Below, in pieces: positions 24,168 through 34,717 of a stretch of 64,000 nucleotides of DNA. The translations under genes and the position numbers were made by a program. Position 1 is the first letter of the stretch. Each line of letters starts with the position of its first letter. This stretch comes from an uncultured Acidimicrobiia bacterium (GTDB taxonomy: Bacteria; Acidobacteriota; Terriglobia; Versatilivoradales; Versatilivoraceae): positions 64,001 to 128,000 of the forward strand of contig CAWBAT010000006.1 in assembly GCA_963786955.1 (NCBI GenBank). Direction: 5' to 3'. Under the pieces are notes generated by a model, which had not been told where the DNA came from, made no database searches, and saw only the letters and a program-made list of their open reading frames with translations.

Positions 24168-24643
24168 TGACGCCACCGAAACAGTTTCCGAAAACACTCC
24201 ATCATCAGCTACCGAATTGGGTTGATCCATGTGGCGCGGTCTTTCACATCAGGATTCGAGTTGCGGAGAATAACCCCATTCCTTTGAGTAACGAGATACT
24301 AGCCCCCAAGCTTCTAGGCTCGGTGCAAGAGTATGCACGGGAAAAGATATGGTGGCCGAGTATCTTCCTGCTCATGCCAGACCACATTCATGCATTGCTT
24401 TCCTTCAACCCTACACGCAAGATGAGTCGGATAATAGGGGACTGGAAAAAATGGAACCATGAAAAACACAGAGTTAGTTGGCAAAAGAACTTCTTTGATC
24501 ACCGGTTACGAAGAGATGAATCGCTTGAAGAGAAAGCGACTTATATCCGGAGGAACCCTGTTGTCAACTGATTGTGCTCGAAACCGGAGGATTGGGCGTG
24601 GGTGTTGGATACCAAAACATTGAGTAGCAAATTGACCTTGTGA
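24168..24643 (+). mobile_element. REP-associated tyrosine transposase (RAYT, HUH/Y1) with an in-frame TGA at 24569-24571
   Basis: HUH motif MPDHIH, WQKNFFDHRLR and catalytic YIRRNPV. The same frame continues past the stop as LCSKPEDWAW, a typical RAYT tail. Confidence 0.88.
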
Positions 24644-24774
24644 GGGTGGAATGCGCGCTCCGTCGCGCATTCATCAATCGTGCACGGAGCAAAGAGCGTG
24701 CGCAGGAGCGCCCGCTCCACCTAACCTCCATCTAATGTGTCGGGAGGACAGGTGTCCGGGGGAGCCGCTCCACC
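24644..24774. repeat. REP family A copies downstream of the RAYT gene
   Basis: GGGTGGAATGCGCGCTCCGTCGCGCATTC...GCGTGCGCAGGAGCGCCCGCTCCACC, plus a partial copy ending CCGCTCCACC. Confidence 0.85.
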
Positions 24775-24901
24775 TCGCGAAGCTAAGAAAACTAAAGACT
24801 AATCTGACCTACTGCCTCGAATTATATCTAATGTGAAACATTCAACAATAAATTCTAAGCAACTTTAAATAAAGCACTTGTATTACTTACATTCAGATCA
24901 G

Positions 24902-27399
24902 TCAGAGAGTTTTGTTGGTGCAGAGTATCTGATGATTATCATCAAGTGACACTTTCAGTGGCTTGGAGCCTACGGTCAGTCGAAAGGAAGTTTCTTTTCC
25001 CGAAACGTCAACACGGCCAACCTTTACCACCTTCTCTCCGGGAAATGGGCAAACACCTCGATGGGCATGGTGAAGTTTTCTGAAACATCCTCTTGAAGAA
25101 TCTTTCCCTTCACGACCACTTTCCCTTCCTGGAGTGGAACTAGGGAATAGCTGAGGCGATAAGTGGGGATGCCTGTATCATAGACCCATTCCTCAAAGAA
25201 CCAGTCCAATTTTCGGTTGCCTTCCAGATCCATTCCCTTGGTCATATGCTTTTCAGCAGCCCGCTGCAGGTCCGCCGTAGTGATCGGCTTCCCGCTATAA
25301 GTACTCATGAGCTCTTTCACGAACAACTGAAAGCGTGCTTCAGACCCCATGGAAGAGGACTGAAACAAATATCGCAACATATGAAAAATCCAGGCCCCCT
25401 TCTCATAAACGACGGTCACATAACCGTCCGGAAACTTAGAAGAGTGAAGACGCGTTCCCAACCAAACGGGTCCTGTGCTTTCTGCACTCAGGTGATCCTT
25501 TCTCTCGGTTTGAAGCTTTTGACGGGAAATTCGCATCACTTCCTGAAACTGCCGCTCGTCAGAAGTCTTGGACATCAGGGACATATAGCTCAAATAGGTA
25601 CTAAAACCTTCGGTGATCCACAAATCGTGATAACTCTTCCCGACGACCTGGTTTCCCCACCACTGATGTGCCAGTTCATGGGCAGGTAAACAATCATAGA
25701 AATACGTCTGCCCGTCCTTTTCGAGGCCCAAACGGTCTCGCTGGGTAGGGCTCAGGAATGAAAGACTGGAGACATACAAGAGCGAAGGCCAGCCCTGCCC
25801 AAACCGGCCCGGAATCTGCGACACCGACAATTTCCCGTAAGGAAAATCCCCTAGCATCGTCTGGAAGAAATCCACCGTGCCGGCAATTTTTTCCGCAAGG
25901 ACTTTGGCCAATTGGGTCGTATCGAAATCCAACTCGCTTAAGGGTGGAGGGTCTGGAATAATCTCCGTCAAAGAGTCGCCCTTGTAACGATTGCTGTTGC
26001 TCGTGCAATTGCCGCAAGAAATCGACTCGCGACAGGATTTCGGTATAGACATTTTCGATATTCCGATTGGCAAAGACTTCAATCGGGATTCTTCCGGCCA
26101 TCCGAGTCGTCTTTTGATATTCACCGTAATTAAAGCCCGCCAAGGGAATCTCACCACCACTGGTCCAAGTCGAATATTTAAGAGTACCGTCTTCCCATTC
26201 CTTCTCGAGATTCCCGGTTGCGGTAATCGTGTAGCCTTTTGGATATTGGAACTGCAAGCGGTATTGCGCCAGGTCAGTAGGCCCGGTGTTCGGATACCAA
26301 CTTCCCCGCGCACCCACGTAAAAAACTCCACTTCCGACGCGTGAGATGACTTCCCCGGAGTATTGGAATTGGAGCGACATTCTTTGGCCGCGTCGAGTGG
26401 GTTCGGGCAGGAGGAGAAGGATTAGGTCGTGGCTCGGGCGGCTGATATCTTCTCCTCCGATCAATTCGGTGGCTTGGCAAAATCGCAACTCCTTCTGATG
26501 ATCATTGATAACGCGAACGGCTTTCAGCAAATGGGAAAAGTCAAAAGTGAGAACCCACGCCCCTTCTTTTTCGCAGACTAGGTCAATGTCGGCCGTTCCG
26601 GACACATGGTCATTCTTGTCGATTTGGGTCACGACATTGAAATTCTTCACATCGATCCGTTCACCGGAATGGGTTCTCGTCGGAACCACGCTCCGTCTTC
26701 TCGCGGGTGCTGAAACGGCACCAATTGTCATAATAGCTCTTCTCTCCGACTTGGCGGTACTGGCCCAGAAAAGTGTCTTCATTATTTCTCTGGTTGCAGC
26801 CCACGTCGAAGAAACCCAGGGTACGTCCCAAAAATCTCGCGTTGAGCATCGGCCGATGCCGTCCGCTGGCCAGATCCTCCATAATGCGATAATTCATCAA
26901 AGCCGCACTCCGTAGTTTAGATTCAAACTCTTCCGAACAGCGCATTTTCTTGGAGGACCTGAAGCTCAGGTTTATCGCCCAACTGTTCCATGAGCTCTTC
27001 ATAACTTTTGTCGGTAAATCGGAGAAAGGCCTCGCTGAAATGCTCACTCAAGATCGGGGAACCTGTGAAAAAGTTAAGCTGTTGTCTTTCCATTTTGCTG
27101 GGTGGCCGAAAAACTATGGTTCCTTTTCCCCAGAAGAGCAACCCGGTCACTGCGCCGTTTATGGGTGCGAGAAAGATCATTCTGCCGCGTTCAAAATTCA
27201 ATGTGAAAGCAGTTCGCCGCAACACCAGATCGCGCACGACAAAGGTACTTGGCGAGTCAAAATGAATTTCTTCGAGGCTCTTCAAAAGTGAGGCCGGTTC
27301 ATTTGGAGCGGTTTCCAATGTCAGGTTTGGTCTTGGAAGGAGAATCCAACTAGCCACAAACAGCCACTTGAGCGTCAGGAGCCACCTTTGATGAATCAC
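24902..27399 (-). CDS. Secreted M1-family aminopeptidase (gluzincin), frameshifted
   Basis: GQGWPSL, AHELAHQWWGN, WITEGF, VYEKGAWIFHML, LDWFFEEWV; signal peptide in 26923..27399. Confidence 0.85.
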
Positions 27400-27609
27400 A
27401 GGGACCTCGGGAGAGGCGTTTGATTGTGTCCTGCTAGGATTCTAGCATAATGGGAATGAAAAGGTGCTGGGAGGGGAAAGGGATCAGGCGGGCTCGACAG
27501 CAGTGGAGAGATCACGGACTAACGCAAGGATTAAAAATCGGGTTCGCTTAGACTGTCTGGTTTCAAAGAAGAAATAGCCCTGGATGAATACTGCCCAAAA
27601 ACCGTCTCT

Positions 27610-28269
27610 TTAATAGCGTCGATTGCGTTGTCGTGTGATATCAAATTTAGCAGTGTCGGCAATTGCCATCACAGCCATGACACCGGCCTGGACGGGATCA
27701 CTCACGACGAGGTCGGCAACCTCTGGAACACTTCCTGCCATATTTAAGGAGATGACCAGAATCCCTTTCTCTCGAATCTCCTTGACTGCGTCGACAATTT
27801 CTCCGCCCATCAAGGCTCCTGCCATGACCAGAATTTTTGCTCGGGGAAGTATCGCCACCGCTCTCACTGCAGCGGCAAGTTCTGCTTCGCCCACTAGCGG
27901 GATCGTATCGACGGAAATCCGCTCCCCCCGAATATTATGCCGGTCGGCTTCGCTGATGGCGCCTAGCGCCACCTGCCCGACTTGGGCGCCCCCTCCAATA
28001 ATGATCACCCGTTTGCCATAGATTTTCAGTAGCGTATCGGGCTGCTCAATCGAGCGAACGGCCGGAACATCCTTCAGGTCAGTGATCAAGCGGTTGATGT
28101 CAGTGACATCTTGCAGCTCAAGGTAGATACTTGCTGACTCTTGAGCCCGGCCCACGATTTCTACGGTGCGGATGTTCACCTGATGCAGGGCAATGACTTT
28201 AGTGAGCTGATAGAGGACACCGGGTTGATCCTGAGCACTAATCAATAAAGCGATTTTCGTGGGATTCAT
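27610..28269 (-). CDS. ACT-domain + DUF5612 protein (COG2150-like)
   Basis: N-terminal ACT motif DQPGVL, then IYGKRVIIIGGGAQV, EADRHNIRGERISVDTIPLVGE and DPVQAGVMAV. Confidence 0.85.
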   Translation of the reverse strand: MNPTKIALLISAQDQPGVLYQLTKVIALHQVNIRTVEIVGRAQESASIYLELQDVTDINRLITDLKDVPAVRSIEQPDTLLKIYGKRVIIIGGGAQVGQVALGAISEADRHNIRGERISVDTIPLVGEAELAAAVRAVAILPRAKILVMAGALMGGEIVDAVKEIREKGILVISLNMAGSVPEVADLVVSDPVQAGVMAVMAIADTAKFDITRQRNRRY

Positions 28270-28661
28270 TCGTCTTCTCTTTAGTCTAGTGACGCAATCT
28301 TCGAAACAATGGGGGATCCGGACTCCAATGGAATGATTCCCGAAGCCTAATCCATCGAGTGTCTCAAGTCAAGGCAGGCCCAGCCAAAACAAACTTGCGA
28401 GTACCCTGAAAAACGACTACCCTAGAATTCAGTCGCAGGAGCAGATGTTGCCGCTTGCCCCGCTGGTGCCGGCCGGGTCAGCGCCTCCGGCTGCAGCCTG
28501 TTCGCGGTTTTCGGCCACGGAAAAGACGAAACATTCAGCCCGGAGACTTTGATCCACTTCATTTATCCGCCAATAGATTTTATCCCCAGATTCCTATGTT
28601 CGACAGATCCCGCAGACGGTACATCCACTTAATAGTGCAGCCCGAAGAAAGGAGCTCTCCT

Positions 28662-30024
28662 ATGAAGAATAAATCGAGACGGAAGTTTCTCCAGGAATCG
28701 ATCGCCCTCGGAACCGCAGCCAGTTCTGCGCTAATCGCGGCCAAACCTTCAGGGCACAAACTAGTGCTTCCACATCAAAAATCATGGGGGCAAACGATCG
28801 GATAAGGGTCGCCCAAATCGGTTGCGGAGGTATGGGGCGGGGGGATTTAGGTGATTCGTTGCGAGTGAAAAATGTCGAATGTATCGCTATTTGCGATGTC
28901 GATGATTCGCAAGCCGCAAAGGCGGTGAAGGAGGTCTTGGAGCCTGCCTCTCAAAAACCGTTACTCATTACCCGGGATTTTCGCAAGGTGCTGGAGATGA
29001 AAGACCTCGACGCCGTCGTTGTATCCACTCCGGATCATTGGCACGCTCTGCCAACGGTCATGGCCTGCCAGGCGGGAAAAGATGTTTATGTCGAAAAACC
29101 GCTTTCTTTGACGATTGCCGAAGGCCGAGTCATGGTGGATGCGGCCCGAAAATATAACCGAGTCGTTCAGATGGGAACCCAACAGCGGAGCGCCACTCAT
29201 TTTCAGATGGCGATTGATTATGTGAAGAGCGGAAAATTAGGAAGAATCCGGTTAGTCCGGGCTTGGGCCTACCTTGACTGGAAGGGGGAAACCCCAGTGC
29301 TTCCCGATGGCCCACCTCCAGAAGGCGTTGACTACGACATGTGGCTGGGGCCCGCTCCTAAGCGTCCCTTCAATCCGAATCACTTTATATTTACCTTTCG
29401 CTGGTACTGGGATTATGCCGGCGGGATTGATGACCGACTGGGGAGCCCATATGATCGACATTGCCAATTGGGGGATGGGAATCAAAGCCCCCAGTTCCGC
29501 TTACTCTTATGGCGGAAAATTTGGCTACCCGCACGACGCGATGGAGACTCCGGACACCCAGCAAGTTCTGTGGGCCTTCCCTGAATTCACGATGATTTGG
29601 GAGCACGCATTGGGCGTGGGGCGAGGTCCGGAAGACGCGAGAGCACGGAGTTGCGTTTCATGGCGAGCTAGGTGTCCTTGTCGTCGACCGTGATGGCTGG
29701 GAGATTTTTGCCGAGACGGACAAGATCGACAAGAAAGTCCGCGTTTACAAGTCGATCGGGTTACCTCGCCAAAGCGCCGGAAGGGAGGATTACCATTTCC
29801 TCCACGTTCAGAATTTCTATGACTGCATGCGAACCCGCAAGCACCCGAACTCAGACGTGGAGATCGGCCACAACTCGATGATTGCTTGCCATCTTGGAAA
29901 TATTGCTTTTCGCCTTGGCCGGCAAGTCAACTGGGACGTTGAAAATGAAAAAGTCATTAACGACCCTGAGGCCCAGAAATATGTTTCCAAGCCTTATCGC
30001 GCTCCCTGGAAACTACCAACCTAA
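28662..30024 (+). CDS. Tat-exported Gfo/Idh/MocA oxidoreductase, frameshifted
   Basis: Tat motif SRRKFL, IGCGGMG, TPDHWH, YVEKP, QMGTQQRS, DWGAHMID, and the ending YRAPWKLPT*. Confidence 0.9.
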
Positions 30025-30066
30025 GGGCTGAAATGTCGTAGTTACGGTGGCGTATCCAGGAGAGGG

Positions 30067-30120
30067 TCGCATGGGGCTTTACGCGGCCTACAATTTGTAG
30101 GCCGGGTCACCGACCCGGCG
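30067..30120. repeat. REP family B pair
   Basis: ...GCGGCCTACAATTTGTAGGCCGGGTCACCGACCCGGCG. Confidence 0.7.
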
Positions 30121-30183
30121 GTTAAACGTACCGTATTTACGAAAGGCAGTATTAAGGGCTGCTATTCATATTGGAGGGATTTC

Positions 30184-30608
30184 ATGGCGGACGACAAAGA
30201 TAAAATCAAGGTGACGGATCGACGGATTTTCGGCGCTGACGGTCAGCTTCTAGAGCCATCTCAATCCCAAGAGTTTGAGAAGAGGTTTTCGGACACGGTG
30301 GATGACTTTTCCGCGGCCTCCAAGCTTCATCAGGCGAAGAGGATCAGCCGATGGAGATGACTTTCCAATTGTTGATCATTTCCTTGAGTACCACGGCCCT
30401 CGTACAACTGGGTATGGCTCCTAATCCGGCCAATGGCAAAACGGAACAGGATCTCGTGAACGCCAAACAAACCATCGATATTCTGGGAATCTTAGAGGAG
30501 AAGTCTAAAGGGAATTTGACTCCGGATGAGTCTCATTTACTCGAACAATGCCTTTACGACCTGAAGATGTCTTACATCAGCCTTATAAAAAAATTGGCAA
30601 AGACCTAG
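30184..30608 (+). CDS. DUF1844 domain protein, one frameshift
   Basis: Start MADDKDKIKVTDRR with RBS GGAGG; C-terminal ALVQLG..NP..AKQTIDILGILEEKSKGNLTPDE. Confidence 0.85.
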
Positions 30609-30903
30609 GGAAAAAACTAATCCAGCGGGTAAAATACACCTGTCAACAGGCAAATTGCATTCCCAATAATGGAATTTAATTTCCACTCCTACAATTAAAA
30701 ACCGTGGCCGAACTGATTTTTTGCCTAGAAACCCACCTTTTTCACCTAGTGGCGCAATATTATCAATCTGCCGAGAATCTCAATATGATGTGGTACTTTA
30801 GGAAGCAACGACAATATCTTGTGGCAAATGAGAGAATTGGCTATTATTCTGGCCACTTTGTTTGTAAATTAAACATATCCCAAAGCTTGATTCTTATCTA
30901 AAA

Positions 30904-30919
30904 TGGCAAAGTTTTTGCA
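30904..30919 (+). promoter_or_regulatory. Putative sigma-54 (-24/-12) promoter
   Basis: TGGCAAAGTTTTTGCA matches TGGCA-N6-TTGC with exact GG-N10-GC spacing; a one-mismatch IHF-like site lies at 30880-30892 (minus strand AATCAAGCTTTGG). Confidence 0.6.
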
Positions 30920-31002
30920 TTCCGGTTTGAAGTCTTTTCACCTTCTGTTTCGATTCCATTTAAGGCAACTTTTATCTTCTATTAGCTATTAGGGTACGCT
31001 GC

Positions 31003-31206
31003 ATGCAAAAGGAAAAAATGCTTCGAGTCCTTGAGTCATTTGAGGACATGCGAAGTGGAAGCCAGTTGTTTCAGATTCATGAGTTGGATCCGAGATATAA
31101 GATTGATCGAATCGTGTATCGCGAGAAATCGCGCGAAGGATGGTTTAAAGAAATAAGTTCCGAAGATTATTTCCGTAAAGTTGACGGTCTCAGAAGGAAG
31201 GCTTAG
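31003..31206 (+). CDS. Small hypothetical protein (67 aa)
   Basis: ATG-started ORF with AGGG upstream, directly after the sigma-54-like site; no family recognised. Confidence 0.55.
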   Translation: MQKEKMLRVLESFEDMRSGSQLFQIHELDPRYKIDRIVYREKSREGWFKEISSEDYFRKVDGLRRKA

Positions 31207-31221
31207 ATAGACAACCACTTG

Positions 31222-31467
31222 ATGAACCCCAGCAACCCGGTTGAAATCCAACTAACCCAGACCCTCAAGTCTTTCCTGGACCAAAATGCAATTTTCTTAT
31301 TTCAAACCAATCTTCCCCGGGACGTGAGATGTTACGTTTGCAAAACAACCACGAGCTAAGTCAGCCTCTACCTCAATTACAATTTAACAGGTGAGGCGCT
31401 GATCCTGTGCAGCAAGTGCCACGAGAATTACCAAAATCCCCCCAAAAAGGTAGTCCGCTCCGAATAA
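31222..31467 (+). CDS. Small putative zinc-binding protein (CxxC...CxxCH) with one in-frame TAA at 31357-31359
   Basis: Manual translation: MNPSNPVEIQLTQTLKSFLDQNAIFLFQTNLPRDVRCYVCKTTTS*VSLYLNYNLTGEALILCSKCHENYQNPPKKVVRSE*. Confidence 0.5.
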
Positions 31468-31674
31468 TCAACCTCTCGGACACCTGTGCGTGAACTTCAC
31501 TCATCGGATTTAGGTTCGGTAGTTCTGCCCCCAGGGATATTCTCCAAGAGAGCCTCAACGCTTCGATTTCGGCCATTTCCGATCTAATTTGGGCTATAAT
31601 TCGCCGCGCTTGGCGTCTGCGCATTGTTGCTTGGCAAGCTGGAAATCCTGACTCCGGGAGTATTTGACTCAATA

Positions 31675-32640
31675 ATGGAGACCTTTCACAATTACAGGGA
31701 TTTCCCCGCTTCCGTTTTTTCCTCATCACCATCGGCAACTTCGATGGCCTCCATATGGGACACCGAGAGGTTCTCAAAAATCTCGTTGCGATCGCCCGGC
31801 AGTCAGGAACCCGATCAGTTCTTGTCACCTTTACTCCACATCCTCTCCAGATCCTGCATCCTGAAAAATCTCCGAAATCAATTCTGCTGCAGGAAGATAA
31901 AATTGAACGGATCGGAGAAATGGGAATCGATTATCTTTTGAACCTTAAGTTCGACCTGACATTTTCAGAAATGAGTGGAGAATCGTTTATCCGTGAAGAT
32001 CCTCGCCGGGGCATTGCATGCCAAGTACATATTGGTCGGCCAAAATTTCGTTTTCGGGCACAAACGATCCGGCAACGTCGCATTGCTTGCAACGCTTAAG
32101 CCATGAGCTCGGTTACATCGTAAAGATTATCGAACCCGTGGTCGTGAGAGGGAATCGGGTCAGTAGCACCTGGGTCCGGCAGTTGATCCAATCCGGGAAA
32201 ATCAGCATGGCAAACCGATTACTGGGCAGATACTACCGCCTCGTGGCTGCATTATTCCGGGAGACGGGATTGGACAGAAGCATTTGTACCCGACGCTGAA
32301 CCTAAACCCCGAGAATGAGATTCTTCCCAAGATTGGAGTCTATGTGACACAAGTGACGATCCATGGGAAAGAATATCCGGCGGTGACCAATGTTGGGATG
32401 CGCCCAACAGTGGCTGGGAAAACGCTCCGCATTGAAACCCACTTGATTCAACATCCTCTCGGGGAGGCGCCTCTTTCCATGGAGATTGAATTTCTTCACC
32501 GGCTTCGGGATGAAATGAAATTCCTTTCGACCGAAGTACTGAAAGAACAAATTGGACGAGATGTCCGTCGGGCAATCCGTTTTTTTGAACGGCTGGAGTA
32601 TTTTCGAAAAAGCCGCCTGACCAATCTGAAACCGTCCTGA
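31675..32640 (+). CDS. ribF: Bifunctional riboflavin kinase / FAD synthetase, several frameshifts
   Basis: TIGNFDGLHMGH, TFTPHP, NFVFGH, VSSTWVR, YPTLN, NVGMRPT, IETHL, RLRDEMKF. Confidence 0.92.
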
Positions 32641-32675
32641 TTCCCTCCCGTGGTTCCTGATCGAACGAGCCTCTC

Positions 32676-33897
32676 ATGAACATCGGCGAAGCGATAAACA
32701 TTTCTTTAAGCTCCATCCATGCCAATAAGCTCCGCTCGTTCCTCACGCTTCTGGGCCTCATCATTGGAGTCATGACGTTGATTCTGGTTATGACTATTGT
32801 CCAAGGAGCCAACCTGTATGTAGAAGAAAAAGTAGTGAATCTGGGAACCAACGTTTTTCAAGTTTCGAAGACTCCCCTGGTGTTGACTGATTTTGAGGAA
32901 TACATTCGTGCCCAGCGTAACAAAGATATCCTCTTCGATGACATGGAAGCCCTACGAGCTCTATGTGCGGAATGCGCCGCGGTGGGTACCCAAATTACGG
33001 CCACCTCTACGGTCAAATATGAAAACGAGTCCGTGACCGATGTGAGCATCCGGGGCGTTACTGCCAATATGGCGGAAATCGGGACCATCACCATAGAATA
33101 CGGCCGATATCTCTCGCCCTTCGAAGAAGCCAGCACTCGGAATGTATGCGTCCTCGGGCGTGATGTGGTCGACCAGCTCTTTGGCCAGGTCAACGCCTTA
33201 GACAAGCTAATTCGGATCAATACCGCGGAATACCGCGTTGTGGGTATGGCAGAAAGAATTGGAAATGTCCTCGGGCAAAGTCAGGATAACTTTGTCCTGA
33301 TTCCCTCTGAGCGCATTCCTGAAGCAATTCGGTTCCCGGCGCAGCCTGACCCTTCAAGTGAAGGCGTATGACAGTACCCGAATCGATGCAGGCATCGCTC
33401 AGGTCAGAACAATTCTGCGCGGACGCCGCCATGTCGCCTATGACAGCCCCGACTCCTTTTATATCGCGACCTCTGACACATTCTTGTCTCTCTGGTCCAG
33501 CATCAGCTCGGCCTTCTTCATGATCTTCATCATGATCTCTTCGGTCGCTTCCATCGTGGGAGGCATTGTCATCATGAATATCATGCTCGTAACCGTGACC
33601 GAGAGGACTAAAGAGATCGGGATCCGACGCGCCGTTGGAGCCACGCGACGCGATATTTTGTTCCAGTTTCTGCTCGAAGCGCTCGTGCAATGCATCGTCG
33701 GCGGCGTCATCGGAATATTGTTAGGATTCATCCTGGCTCTGGCGGTCCGCCAGTTCACACCGTTTCCAGCCAGAGTGCAACTCTGGGTCGCGGTCCTCGG
33801 TTTTGTTTTGTCAACCCTGATCGGAATCTTCTTCGGACTGTATCCCGCAAGGAAGGCTGCAGCTTTGGATCCCATTGAAGCCTTGCGCCGGGAATAA
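32676..33897 (+). CDS. MacB/FtsX-family ABC transporter permease, frameshift near 33310
   Basis: NKLRSFLTLLGLIIG; VGGIVIMNIMLVTVTERTKEIGIRRAVGA; LDPIEALRRE. Confidence 0.92.
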
Positions 33898-33947
33898 AGT
33901 CGGAAAAGAATCAATAAAAGACTCTTGGCTGAGGACTTGCCTCTGAT

Positions 33948-34530
33948 GGAGGGCGAAGCTCTGCGACGCCGAAAATAACACGGCCAGGTGGAATGTGCGC
34001 TCCGTCGCACATTCAAGTGCGCAGGGGGACGGCAGTCCCACGCACCTGCCCCACCCTGTAGCGGCGCTCTATGAGCGCCGACCTCTTCCCATAATTATGA
34101 GTCATCGGCTTCCCTCGCCCCAGCGCGGGAGAGGGGCCGGCGGGAGGGGGACCTCAAAAGAAGACTCATTGGTCATTGTTCACTGTTCATTTCTCGTTTT
34201 CCATTGAGAAGCTTCAATGAAAAATGGCAAATGGTAATTAACCAATGGCAAATGGAAATCCAGCGACAAGGACATCCCCTCTTCCAAGAGAGAGGTGTTC
34301 ATATTCCCCTCCGGCGGAGGGAAGGTGTGAAAGGATTGGCTGTAGCGGCGCCCTATGAGCGCCGTTTCTTTTCATTTGAACGGCTTGGCCGGCGCTCATA
34401 GAGCGGCGCTACAATTATTTCACATCTTCAGAGGTGTAGGGGTGGGTTCCCTTAACTGAGCCGTAGGATTGCTGCGTCCAAGACATCCCCCGCAGCCTAC
34501 GGCTGCTGCCCCCTTCAAAGGGGGACTCTT
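33948..34530. repeat. Compound cluster of REP-like palindromes and heptamer repeats
   Basis: GGAGGGCGAAGCTCTGCGACGCC; family A copy 33987-34046; family C (TGTAGCGGCGCTCTATGAGCGCCG) at 34057 and as an inverted pair 34341-34413; CCCTC..GAGGG hairpins; inverted AATGnnn heptamers at about 34167-34260. Confidence 0.8.
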
Positions 34531-34717
34531 CTCAATTCCCCTCTGGCAGTGATAGGGCCTCTAGCCTCAACACATCTCCCCGTATTAGAACTTCGACTCA
34601 GAGCTACAGGAACGAATATGAATAATCTTTATTTGTAGATTGATTTTCCTCACTATACAAACAGGGTCGCTTTAGCGTTCTTGGCGTTTCCACCTACTGC
34701 ATCACACTGGATGCACC

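Noticed and set aside
24569-24571. TGA recoding (Gly, Trp or Sec)
   Set aside because: TGA is the normal stop of many genes here (DUF1501, ribF, the second ABC permease, tnpA), and no Sec context is visible.
23881-24774. CRISPR array
   Set aside because: Repeats are 70-80 bp, irregularly spaced and flank a transposase; there are no unique spacers of constant length and no cas genes.
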